A stretch of 63,959 nt of DNA, filler included, from Octopus bimaculoides (Eukaryota): NCBI RefSeq assembly GCF_001194135.2. It is 6 parts of 5 records of this genome, joined end to end, with 100 filler letters (N's around TTAATTAATTAA, not from the genome) between each part and the next. Parts side by side here need not be neighbours in the genome. Positions count along the whole stretch, not along the records: positions 12,089 to 31,638 come from NC_068984.1; 5 more parts are not named here. One strand, given 5' to 3'. Of this stretch, positions 12,089 to 24,004 are shown one piece after another. Below the pieces are notes generated by a model. It was not told the DNA's origin. It saw only the letters and a list, made by a program, of their open reading frames with translations, and searched no databases. Position numbers and translations under genes: made by a program. Each line of letters opens with the position of its first letter. Position 1 is the first letter of the stretch.

Positions 12089-13560
12089 AGATTTAGTGCT
12101 CGGGTTGTGTGAATTTTCCGAGCCCTCTCCCCACCCACCCCTTTCGAAGCGCGCATTTTTTCCTTCATATTTGTTCAATATACGGTGCACTTCAACTACT
12201 ACACTATTTTTTTTTCAATTTTTCCACCGGGTGCGGATCTATATATTAACCGATTCTAACCCTAACCCTAACCCAGACGAAAACCGTGTTGAATGATATT
12301 GATTGAATGCACAAGTAGGAACTGATATTCTGTTTCGAAGTAAAACGCTATGTTTATTGCATTCTATTGATAATTTTTATGGCAATCTTTCGAAATTATT
12401 TATAACTGTGTTGCAAACTTTACGAAAGTCTTTTTTAAACGAATTTATCTTATAAATGAGTAATTAAAGATAGAATTTCTTCGTTTTCGTTCTCTTGCTT
12501 TTATCTACGGAAGCAACACAAAACACTTGCAACATCAACGCAAACGATCTGCCCTCACGAGCCTCACTCCTTACCTCATCAATAATGGTTTCTAAGAGGG
12601 ATTCAGAATGTGCATTAGTTTTCTGGCCTATATTTGCAATGTACAAACACAAACATTAACTCTTTCACAGTTTACACAAAACGTGGTGTTTGACAAATTC
12701 AAAATGAAGTATTTTTAATTACAAATACATTTCGGAAATCGACTTCGCTATTTCATTGGTACTTTGGTATTCTTTTGACTCCTTTTAAAACTACTACTTG
12801 CTAAAAACAAGTTGCTTTAAATCCAAATCTAAACAATTAACGGTATGTTTGATGAAGTCATAAGTCTTCGAGTTTTCGATTTTTCAAAGGAAAAACGTGG
12901 TTTGCTCCTACCTAGGGCTATACAACAATGATCAGTCCAACGAAGCAACAGTTCAGACGTCATTTATATACAAGAAAGGAAAGAAACTTTTTTCTTCAGA
13001 TAATAAAAAAAAATAACAATAATAATAATAATTACATTTAGGAAACAAACAGTAAACATTATGAAACTGGATGATTTGAGAACAAGTATAACTTCGAACG
13101 AATCGATGTTTACAAACAACTAGACGTCGAATGAATATTCGAAAGAAAGTTATACATTTAAAAATTGTAAATCATTATTAAATCAATCAGTAAATTTCAT
13201 GTTATTTACCAGTTCCATCGTGCTGATTCTCTAAACTCCACGACATAGCAATTAGAAAAAATATTTGGCGCCGAGAAGGGAGATAACTACCAAAACACTC
13301 TAGTTTCTGTTGCTCTTGAAAATGTTTGAGGAAGTGCTGACCTACGTGCGTGCAGGTGCTTCGTGACTGTTTTCCTCTTGAAGCTGTCAGATCCCCCACC
13401 CACCCAAGAAGGAGCCCATCAGATATTTACTGGCCCTTCCTTCGTTCAACAGGCTTCAGATCGATGTATCGACTAACCTCCCTACCTTCTTGTAGGCCCT
13501 GCATGCATGCACATCTATGTTTTATCTGCGTTATGATAGCTCACGTGGTGGAAGCCTCTA
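12089..13560. promoter_or_regulatory. CpG-retaining island (candidate promoter region) between CpG-poor gene-body-like DNA
   Basis: Visibly dense CG dinucleotides versus 14-31 kb; TTTGGCGCC (E2F-like) at 13264-13272. Not quantified. Confidence 0.35.
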
Positions 13561-13628
13561 CATGGCTGCAGCCAGATTGCCCTCAAATTGCACCATATAC
13601 ACTTTGAATAATGTAGTCCTAGTTCACC

Positions 13629-13752
13629 CATGTCTGAAAAGAAAAACAGTGGTGGTGGNNNNNNNNNNTGGTGGCGGCGGCAGCGGTGGTGGCGGCGGCA
13701 GCGGTGGTGGCGGCTGTGGTGGTGTTGGTTCTGGCGGCGGTGGTGGTGGTGT
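13629..13752. repeat. (GGT/GGC)n compound microsatellite with 10-N gap
   Basis: Direct reading; similar tract at ~26103-26165. Confidence 0.9.
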
Positions 13753-13789
13753 ATGTGTTTGTCTCCAGCACCAAAAAGCACTGCTGCCA

Positions 13790-14150
13790 AACTAGGCTGT
13801 ATGTCCAGTCAGCCATACCAAATTGTCAGTGTCATTCCAAGCATTTTGAAATAAGTCATCATTTCATTCCAGGTTTTCCTCAGATATCCCTCTTCAACAG
13901 GTTCCATTTACTCTGAGTGCTTGGCACTTACACAGCCTGTCATTTTCCTTAGATATCACATGCCTATATCATTGCAGTCATCTCCCTTGTACACTATATC
14001 TGATTCCTCCCAAATCAAGCTTTTCTCTCCAACTATTTATACACTATTCATGATCCTAACTTCATTTCTTTCTAACCTTCTTAAGTCTTTTGCTTTCAAA
14101 GCCTACATCTCACTACCCTGCAGCATTGCCCTTGCACCACTTAACACTTC
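13790..14150 (-). mobile_element. Decayed RTE LINE 3' region
   Basis: Minus strand AMLQGSEM*ALKAKDLRRLERNE then RKTW-like segment, with stops and frameshifts. Confidence 0.65.
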
Positions 14151-15461
14151 GTGGACCGGCAGGGTTAGAATTACACAAAAGGCCATTGGAGTCCCCTTTT
14201 ATTTTTGTGCATTTCAGCACTATCCATAAAGCAATATTTGTTTAATCTTGTATACATATGTCAGTGCATAATACAGAACAAGAAATTTAGCACATTTTTT
14301 TTTTTATAGTTTTATAAACTATACATATAGCACTAAATATAAAATAAAACAAAATTATTTAGTATATCGATTCATACCAGTACAAATACAAAGAAAATTG
14401 ACTTATAGTTCATCAGAATATCTGAAAAACGAACAAAAATATAATTTCACAGAAGGCCAATGGGGTCCAGTTGGATCCTAATTACCATATTTTATGCTAT
14501 AACATCCATATGACTGGAAATTTTTAACTCAGAATTTGTAAAATATGCTTCCCTTCCAATTCTGATTAAGCCATTAAAAAAAATATATGCCATTGAGGGT
14601 TTTAGCTGTCTCATGGGAACACTGAATTGCTTTTTTCAAGTATTTAGGACCCAAGTTTCTTATCTTCACTATTGGGGTGAAATAAATAGTAGATTCACTT
14701 GAAGACACTTCTAATCCATTGAATACATTGTTATAAACTCAAAAAGTACAAACTGTCAATTCAATACACCAGAAAACAAGATTAAGATCAAGAGCACTGA
14801 ATTGCTTTTTAAAAGCATCAACCTCCTTTAGAGTCAATGATATTAGCATAGTTTAAGGTGATGAGCTGAGAGAACCATTAGTACGATGGGCATCATTTCA
14901 TCTGTCTTTACATTCCAAGTTCAAATTCTGCCAAGATCGACTTTGCCTTTCATCCTTTTGAGGTTCATTAAATAAGTACTAGACGCTGGCCTCATGCCAG
15001 AATTCAAAATCAATATTAATATAAGGATACCTGGGATGTATCAATAATTTGAACATTGGTGTTAATGCTCTAGTTAACATCCAACCCCTATATTAAATAA
15101 ACCAAAGGCTATCATGGAAAATTTTAAAAACTAAATAATTTTTTAATGGACTCAGCAGGCCAGACATACTGAGTAATTTATTCATTAGAAGTAATACATT
15201 AACATGAAACTCTGAAACAGATTTATGTGCTATAAGTGGGTTTAAACCAAGGCAAATATTTGTACCACATTCAACATATAACCAATATTTGTAACATGGT
15301 CTATGAAAATTTCATTTTCTTTATTGCCATTGTAAGACTGTGGAGAATACAGATATTGTACTTGGTTAGAGGAGACTTCATTAATTTGGCTTCGCTTTCC
15401 ACAATGGGACATTTTAGTGAAATAATTACATTTGTGACACTTCTTACAAGTCTTACCTTAA

Positions 15462-15682
15462 CCCTTTAGCATTTAAACTGACCATATCTGGCCAAAATAG
15501 TCTTCCTGTTGTATGTTCAAACTGGCTAGATCCAGCCTCTCACATCTACCCTACAATCTAAGTCTAAATAATATGCAGTCACATAATCAAAATCTGAAGG
15601 CTACAAAATAATGTAAGATAAATTCAAAACAATGTGAACAAGTAAGCATTATATTTGATAAAATAATCTGAATGCTAAAAGG
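15462..15682. mobile_element. piggyBac-like MITE
   Basis: TTAA-CCCTTTAGCATT ... AATGCTAAAAGG-TTAC. Confidence 0.6.
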
Positions 15683-16226
15683 TTACACTTGGCAAAATAC
15701 CCTCCTTGACTGTGTGTTTATAGCTGATTATCGTATAACACTTTCTCTCCATGTTGCACAGTTGCTGAGTGCATTTGACATCTCTAGACTTCTGGCTAGT
15801 GTTGTGCATAGTGCCCTTTTCATACTTTTTAGATTTTCCCATTATCCTCTTGAGTTGAAAGAGCATATTTCTACTCAAGTGCTCCTTGACTTGAGAAGTT
15901 CCTATAGTACTCATAACTTTATGCAAACTGGACAACTCACTCCAATGTAAGCCAATCACTATACTTGATAATTTGGTTTTGATTTTGGGAAACTTAATCC
16001 TCTGTATTGTTGTATATTAATTGCTTGGGAGAATTTACAAAGAAAATTAATCTTTAAAAATTTAACATCATGCAGGTCGTTCACAATAGCATAAATGGCT
16101 GCAGGTTTATGGAGTTTTACTCTATTGTAAGCAAAGAGTTTGGTCTGGGAATAACTTTTACCCTTATTCCTACCAATCATGGATTCTCTGAAAAGGGCCA
16201 TGGGTACTCCTCTTCTTCCTATAAAC

Positions 16227-16407
16227 CAGGAGTCCCCCAAACTTTCTAGACTATCAACTCCTTCATGGACCCCCATCCCCATCGACTCCCAGGCATGTAC
16301 AAGAAAATAAATAAATAATAATAATTAAGTAGATGTGCATTTATCGACCCCGTTGAATATTCCCATCGACCTCCAGGGATCGATATCGACCACGTTGGAG
16401 TCCCCTG
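16227..16407. mobile_element. Degenerate hAT-like MITE
   Basis: CAGGAGTCCCCCAAAC...GTTGGAGTCCCCTG ends; flanks ctataaac/ctcttaaac only approximate a TSD. Confidence 0.45.
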
Positions 16408-16892
16408 CTCTTAAACCAATAAAATGGGAAATTTCAATGTTGAAAACAACTGAGAAATGTCTGTGATATTTGGACAAAACAAATACAAGCTACTTCTTTC
16501 TTTTTTTAACATGTCTATTTATTGCTTTTCCTGTCTGATGTGTACATCTTTCATTAAAATCCATGAATGAAAGATACAAAGACACACAATACATAGCTAT
16601 GTATGTTTATAGAAAAGGAACAAACTTCCGATCAGTTTCCATCTACCAAAGTCTACTTACAAAGTACTAATCAACATGGGACTGTGATAGAAGACATTTG
16701 CCCAAGATACTGACAATGGGATTGAACCTAGAACTATGATGTTGCGAAACATCATAATTTGTAATCACACAGCCATGTGTCTGCCCTTAGATGAATCAAT
16801 ACCAAATCATTATTTTTTTAATTTTGAAAACAGAGTTAAAGAGCAGACAACCTCAATGAACAGAAAAAGTAAATAGAAAAATGGTGGTTCAA

Positions 16893-17113
16893 GGCGGTGA
16901 GCTGGTAGAAATGTTAGCACACCGGGCAAAATGCTTAACGGTATTTCATCTCCCGTTACGTTCTGAGTTCAAATTCTGCTGAGGTCGACTTTGCCTTTCA
17001 TCCTTTCGGGGTCGATAAATTAAGTACCAGTTAAGCACTGGGGTTGATGTAATCGATTTAATCCCTTTGTCTGTCCCCTCTATGTTTAGCCCTTTGTGGG
17101 CAATAAAGAAATA
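16893..17113 (+). mobile_element. Young SINE family B with 18-bp TSD AGAAAAATGGTGGTTCAA
   Basis: TSD 16875-16892 and 17114-17131. Other family B copies at ~1545-1748(-), 10185-10370(-), 14860-14985(+), 38520-38660(-), 40165-40345(+), 43340-43530(-), 61360-61480(-), 62800-62990(-). Confidence 0.9.
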
Positions 17114-18972
17114 AGAAAAATGGTGGTTCAATAAAAAAAAACAAATAAGTATTTTTTTTTATAAAATAGATTTATTTCTATTTTCTCTTTTATTTACAAA
17201 TCACACTTTAAACAAAATCAATTTTCAAATGTTTAAACTATACAACTGCATGGTTTCTGTATTAAAAAAAACAAAAGAAAAACAAAAAACAACATATTTG
17301 TAAAACCATTCCTTAATGCATGCATAGAGGGATAATATATTTGAAAATTTTATTCTTTTTCTAAGAAAACAAAGTTCAAAGATGGTAACACGTCAAATGA
17401 GAGTTACTCAAAACTTCACAAGTCTCTAAATCAAAGTTCTGTGGTCAAAAGAGAAATAAATTAATAAAATAAGATCTATTTAACTTAATGAGCAATTTAT
17501 GATATGGCAAATTGTTTTATTTGAAAATTATAAATTGTTTGGTCAGGAATTTATAAAGTATGATATCATGATACCCCATATATGACCATTACGCTAAATC
17601 AAGATGAAACAAAAATACATTTCTAAATTGTAAGGAAACAAAGATTACAACTCACAGCCAAACAATTCCCATCTAGATCTTTTCTCTTCAATATTTGTAA
17701 GTACTTTATTATTGAAAAATTTTAACTTAACATACAACAATCATATACCTGATACATAAGTATCACAGCCTACCTCCTGGATATAAAAAGAATCCTTTTA
17801 TATCATAAAATTCAGTATCCATTACTACTTGTAAGTCGTCTATTTTCCTGCTCCTTTTCACCAGTTAATTTCTAAAGCTCAAGTGCGAGTTCATTTCCTT
17901 ATCTCATCTGTATACTTAACACTCTTGATACAAACTCCACTCAGACCATCCCATCTCCTTACTTTTATAATACAAACTTCCTGTTGAAAGTGATCAACAG
18001 GAAAACATTTGCAAACATTGGATTAATAACTGGTAAAATTACTCTTACTAGGTTTTTCATTGTTTTTTTAAATAAAGGTAGTATATTTCAATGGTTGGGC
18101 ATTCCATTGGTGATGACAATGGGTGTTCCAGTTGATTCGATCAATGGAACAGCCTGCTCATGAAATTGACATGCAAGGGGCTGAGCATTCTACAGACACA
18201 CATACCCTTCATGTAGTTTTCAGGGAGATCCAGTGTGCCCCTATGATGGGGCACTGCCACATTACCATAGTAATATAAGGGTCTACACTGATAAGATTTT
18301 GCCAATCAGGTGGATTGGACAAAGAGGGTTAGTAGAATACTCTTCACATTAGACTTTTTCTCTATGGAGATACTTAAATGATAAAGTTTATGGTACAAAA
18401 CCAGCAACCACTGAACGTAAGGGTAACTATTCAATGGGAATGTACACAAATACTGAACAAAATATTTCTTGACCTTTGCGATAAAACAATAGAAGACTGA
18501 TAACTGATTTGTTGGCTAGGGTACTAAGGTCAATTCTACTGCAGAATAAAATAACTTTTGGCAAACTAACTTGTGAGTTACTTGTCTTTAATCTGCTTGA
18601 CACTTTTAAAACTGAAGATGAACACCAATACATGAACTGAAGAAATTCACAAGAAATAATCATAATGATTTAATTTTGTCTCAAGGCCACAAATTGTAGG
18701 AGAAACTACCCCAATATATGACTGGTGTTTATTTTATTGGTACTATGAATTATGAGAGGCAAAGTCATTCCTGAAATAGATTTGTATTTTTAATATTTAA
18801 AAGGTTATACACGTTACAAATTAGAATTATTGGTGGCCACCACACTGAAAGGAAAGAAGATACAATCACATCATGAATTCATAATCACATCAACTTCACC
18901 ATGGTGACATCCAACCCTTCAGCACAGAGAAAAATGGACGGAAAACTGTGCAATTTGTTTCAATATTTTTTA

Positions 18973-19228
18973 TGAAATATAACGTGTCTTGAATGGCACA
19001 ACAATGTACAGTGGACTATAATAACTGTTATAAATAATTTAATTATTCATAGTCTAATATAATATTTCGGGATATAAAAATTCCTTCTTCAGATATTGCT
19101 AGGAATATCTGAAGAAGGAATTTTTCTATTCCAAAATATTATATTAGACTTTGAATAATTAAATTATTTATAACAGTTATTATAGTCCACTCTGCATTGT
19201 TGTGCCATTCAAGACATGTTACATTTCA
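18973..19228. repeat. 256-bp near-perfect palindrome with a Penelope-type minimal hammerhead-like motif in each arm
   Basis: Arms 18973-19097 and 19104-19228 around CTAG centre; CTGAAGA-A-GGAAT-N6-ATTCC-(G/A)AAA-TAT on both strands. Confidence 0.85.
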
Positions 19229-20414
19229 CAAACAATACACAATGCTTCCAGTGAACTAAAATGCCCTCTTATCATTATTTTTTGTATCTCAATGGGACTA
19301 ATTTAGAATTAATTTGAAATTTCCCTTTGAGTCGGTGATGAATCATATGATAAATGTAAAAAACGTTTCCAACTCTCAACAAAAACCATCTAACTCAGAT
19401 TTTTCTCCATTATATATATATATGTATATACATATCAACAAAGTCTTCAACTAACCAAATATAATCACTATACAACATATTTTGTTCTTTTTCTTTTTTT
19501 TTTTTTGAGAATGACTAAATTTATATATAATATATATTTAGTTTTATTTGTTTAAGGTTCACATACTCCATATGTACTCAGAGTTTCATATGGAGAGAAA
19601 CATTTGACTGTATATGAATAAATAAACCCTACATGTACTGAGTAATCTTTTTTCTCATTTGCATTGCTAAATGTAAACATATATATATATATATATACAC
19701 ACACACTCACACACATATATATATATAATGCACTAATCAAGAGAAATTTTTTGGATGGAAATTTTAATATTTTATCAATACATTGCTACATATGTTTCTG
19801 CATGACACATGTTTGTTTGTGACTACATTCTCACATCCATAGGATACTATTAAAAATGTAATAATAGACTCTCTAGAGACATAGGGATATTATATTTAAT
19901 AATATCAAATGGATGTAAGAATGTAGTCACAAACAAGCACATGTTATACAGAAACGTGTGTAGCAATGCATTAATAAAATACAAAAATTTCTCGTGATTA
20001 ATAAATAACAACCTCATATAATTACTTGGGAAGAGTGTGTTTGTGTGTGTGTGTGTATATCTGCTTTGTGCAATAGGAACAGTATTAAATTAAAATAGTC
20101 ATCTCTGTCTTTAACAGTGTTTCTTTTGCATATGACAGATTTTTATTAAACTGGGCAGCCATTCACAATACAAGTGAATGTTTTTTCCTGTTTACCTTTA
20201 TATCGGATGTGACACATATCATCTAAGCATGTGGCAATGAGGCCAAAATGCATGTGATGTTCTCTCTCACTAGCTACTGTTGGGATGCTTTTCGATGTAC
20301 ATTTTGTTTTTAAACACAGTAGGTCCATAAGAGATGTTGTCGCCAGATGAATACTGCATGAAATTCTCTGTTCAGTATTGTATATTTACATTATGTATGA
20401 TACTTAGCTAGATG

Positions 20415-22560
20415 TGTCTTCCCAAGCACAGCAAACTGTTGGGAGTCTAAGACCTCTGTCATCCACTCTGTGAGTCCCAACGTCTGTAGATCCTTTCTCA
20501 CCACTTTGTTCCACGTTTTCCTGGGTCTACTCCTTCCACATGTTCCCTTTACAATTAAAGATTGGCACCTCTTGATGCAACAATTTTATTTATATGCATT
20601 GTACGACCATACCAGCACAGTCTTCTCTCTTGCATACTACATCTAATGCCTCATATACCCAGTTTTTGTCTCAAATCACTTATACTGTCATATATGCACA
20701 CTGACGTCACCCATCCAGTGGAGCATATTGATTTCATTTCTTTCAATCCTTCGCATATCCTCAGTAGTCATAGCTCATGTCTCACTGCCATACAATCTGC
20801 CTTTCACTCTGAGGGAGAGGCCCTTCACTATGATCAAAGATAATTGCTCTCTGAACTTCACCCAGCCTATTCTTATTCTTGCAGCTATGTTTCCAGAACA
20901 ATCTCCCTCACTACTAACATGGTCACCTAAGTAACAGAAATTGTCTACTACTTCTAAGGATACCCCATGGCATTTGGGAAAGTCTATTTTTTTGTACATT
21001 CCTAGTGTTTAATGTACCAGTACAGCTGTCACATGTAAAGACTACTTTCTATGTTAGTCTTCCACTGATACCATTGCACCTCTTATGCATACTCCATACG
21101 GAATACACAATATGGAGTTTCTCCCAACCCCTTTTCTACATACCAAGCAGTACCATCTCCCTGAAGGGATCTGTGATTTGTCTATTTTCCTACTGATCAA
21201 GACTTTGGTATTTGCTAAATTAATTCTAAGACCCTCTGATTCCAGTCCGTGCTTCCATACTTGAAATTTCTTCTCTAGTTCTGGTAGTGATTTAGCAATA
21301 AGAACAAGGTCATCTGCATAGAGGAGCTCCCAAGGGCAGCCAGTCTTAAAATTCCTCAGTTATAGTTTGGAGGACTATGATAAACAAGAGAGGGCTAAGA
21401 ACCAAACCTTGGTGGATTCCAACTTGTACACTAAACTCTCTGTTATACTCATTAGCAACTTTCACATTACTGACAGCATCCTTGTACATGGCTTGCACAG
21501 CTCTCACCAACCACTCATCTATCCCTAGCTTCCACATTGCCCACCAGATAAGGGAATGAGGGACCCTGTCAAAGGCTTTCTCCATGTAAACAAAAGCCAG
21601 ATACAGAGGTTTATTTTGGGCCAAGTATTTCTCCTGAATTTGCCTCACCAGGAAGACAGCATAAGTGATGCTTCTCCCTGGCACAAATCCAAACTGCATC
21701 TCATCTATGCTAACTCTCTTCCTAATTAATTGAGCGATGACCCTTTCTGCAATTCTCATCATCTGGTCCAGCAATTTGATGCCTCTATAATTATTTCTGT
21801 CAAGGGCATCACCCTTACCTTTGTAGCAGTTGACTATAGTGTTGTTACACCAATCACTGGGTATGACCCCTTCATGGACGACCTGATTAACTATATAAGT
21901 GACCAGGTCATATCCCACTCCGCCAGATATTTTTAAGCATCTCAGTGGTGATTCTTGATGGGCCGGAGGCTTTCCCTGTCTTCATATCCTTAATTGTTTT
22001 ATCAATTAAGCTACTGTTGATGTTGGGTCCACATTAGGCAGGCGCTCCTTCTCCCATGCATTCTTTACATTTAGTAACTTTCATAGTGGCACTTCCAAGC
22101 CTCCTTCTTTGCAGGATCACTAACAGTAAGTAAACCGTCATCCATGCAAACACATTTCTCTTCTACCATGTCATAATTTTCTCTTATACACTGTCTTGCA
22201 ATCTGAAACATTTTAAGCCTCTGGTCTTCTCATCACAGAACATTGGCAAACTTCCTCCTATCTGCTTCTCCCCTGACTAGGCATACCTGTCTCCTAACCT
22301 CCCTCCTAGCAACTTGATATGTTTCTCTACTACCACCATTCTTCTAGTCCTGTTCCTTCACTCTAACAGTTTGTCTACATCGTTCCACCACCACGTCACC
22401 CTAGGTTAGGTTGGGACTTTGCACCAGTCACAGATTTGGTCTGTGGCACTCAGCAAGCTGTCCTGCAGAAAAACTCCCAGTTGCCCTCTACATTACAAGA
22501 CTGTAGTTTCTCCTCATTCTCATTAAATTTCCCACTTAGGGTGTCCTATGATGGGCTTTT
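20415..22560 (-). mobile_element. 5'-truncated, decayed RTE-clade LINE (reverse transcriptase and 3' end)
   Basis: ORF 21346-21918 has RT motifs (YKGKGD..NYRGIKLL, QFGFVPGRS, AFVYMEKAFDRV, VGIHQGLVLSPLLF); after a frameshift WELLYADD (YADD at 21309-21320); RTE C-terminus (YLGDH, RPRKTW) at 20415-21000. Confidence 0.92.
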
Positions 22561-23328
22561 TTTCAGGTTCTGTCTACAAAATCCATTCACATGGCTTTGG
22601 TTGACCTGAGACTATAGTAGAAGACACTTGCCTAAGGTGCCACAACATCTATTTCCCATGCTGGTATGGATTAAAGACAGTTTGACAGGAGCTGGTAAGC
22701 TAGAGTACTGCGTCAAGCTCTATCTGTACTGGCATGGCTTTTATGGCTGGATGCCCTTCCTAACACCAATATATATATATATANNNNNNNNNNNNNNNNN
22801 NNNNNNNNNNNNNNNNNNNNNNNNNNNNNNNNNNNNNNNNNNNNNNNNNNNNNNNNNNNNNNNNNNNNNNNNNNNNNNNNNNNNNNNNNNNNNNNNNNNN
22901 NNNNNNNNNNNNNNNNNNNNNNNNNNNNNNNNNNNNNNNNNNNNNNNNNNNNNNNNNNNNNNNNNNNNNNNNNNNNNNNNNNNNNNNNNNNNNNNNNNNN
23001 NNNNNNNNNNNNNNNNNNNNNNNNNNNNNNNNNNNNNNNNNNNNNNNNNNNNNNNNNNNNNNNNNNNNNNNNNNNNNNNNNNNNNNNNNNNNNNNNNNNN
23101 NNNNNNNNNNNNNNNNNNNNNNNNNNNNNNNNNNNNNNNNNNNNNNNNNNNNNNNNNNNNNNNNNNNNNNNNNNNNNNNNNNNNNNNNNNNNNNNNNNNN
23201 NNNNNNNNNNNNNNNNNNNNNNNNNNNNNNNNNNNNNNNNNNNNNNNNNNNNNNNNNNNNNNNNNNNNNNNNNNNNNNNNNNNNNNNNNNNNNNNNNNNN
23301 NNNNNNNNNNNNNNNNNNNNNNNNNNNN

Positions 23329-23368
<40 letters not shown>

Positions 23369-23858
23369 AGTACATTTTGTTTTACAAATGGATGGAAGAA
23401 AACTCAATACACAAAGCAGAATATACATATATAATCTTTTATTAGCTGATAATACTACAGGAGTTACTGAAAAGCCTAGAGTTTTGTGCCAAGGTATTTT
23501 TGACCATTGGTTTGATAAGAGCCTTGACACAAAACTCTAGACCCATGAGTAACTCCTGTAGTACTACAGTATTATCAGCTAATAAAAAAACTAAATATAT
23601 ATGTGCATACACATCAATAAATTGATAATGAAAGATATGTAAAACAGTAATTTGTACATCTTGGGACAATGATATATCACAGATAAATTAAACCTCAAAT
23701 CACAGGTTAATTAAATACGTGTATGTGTGTGGTGAAGTTTGTAAAAAAAGTAACTGTGTACATGTCCACACACATACACACACACATATGCACACACACA
23801 CACATGCACACACACAATGCCCCAAGACAAGTTGTCTAGTATATAAAATCCTCCATTA

Positions 23859-24004
23859 TCATTTGAGTTCATAATATTTGTTTGTCTTGGGGTCATAGTA
23901 ATAACCTAGAACAGGATCATATAACAAGTCCAGTTCTTCCTCGTTGCATTTATTGTTGGAATCAAATTTGCAACTGGTTCTCGGGAACTTCATCTGGCAT
24001 TGAT
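23859..24004 (-). CDS. CFAP20DC: CFAP20DC/C3orf67-like gene, last coding exon: (N)QCQMKFPRTSCKFDSNNKCNEEELDLLYDPVLGYYYDPKTNKYYELK*
   Basis: Acceptor ttttctatcttaacag| (24005-24006), phase 1 matches the previous donor, TGA at 23859-23861. LLYDPxLxxYxDPxTxKYYEL at the extreme C-terminus is the recalled C3orf67/CFAP20DC signature. Confidence 0.85.

Noticed and set aside
12464-12652. LLETIIDEVRSEAREGRSFALM resembling a hAT transposase segment
   Set aside because: Too short and degenerate to support a call.
13515-13916. Poly-Gly/Ala/His ORFs
   Set aside because: Product of the (GGT/GGC)n microsatellite with an internal gap; no splice or homology support.
17160-17700. 3'UTR-like end with AATAAA on the minus strand
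   Set aside because: AATAAA is ubiquitous at this AT content; cannot be tied to CFAP20DC without RNA data.
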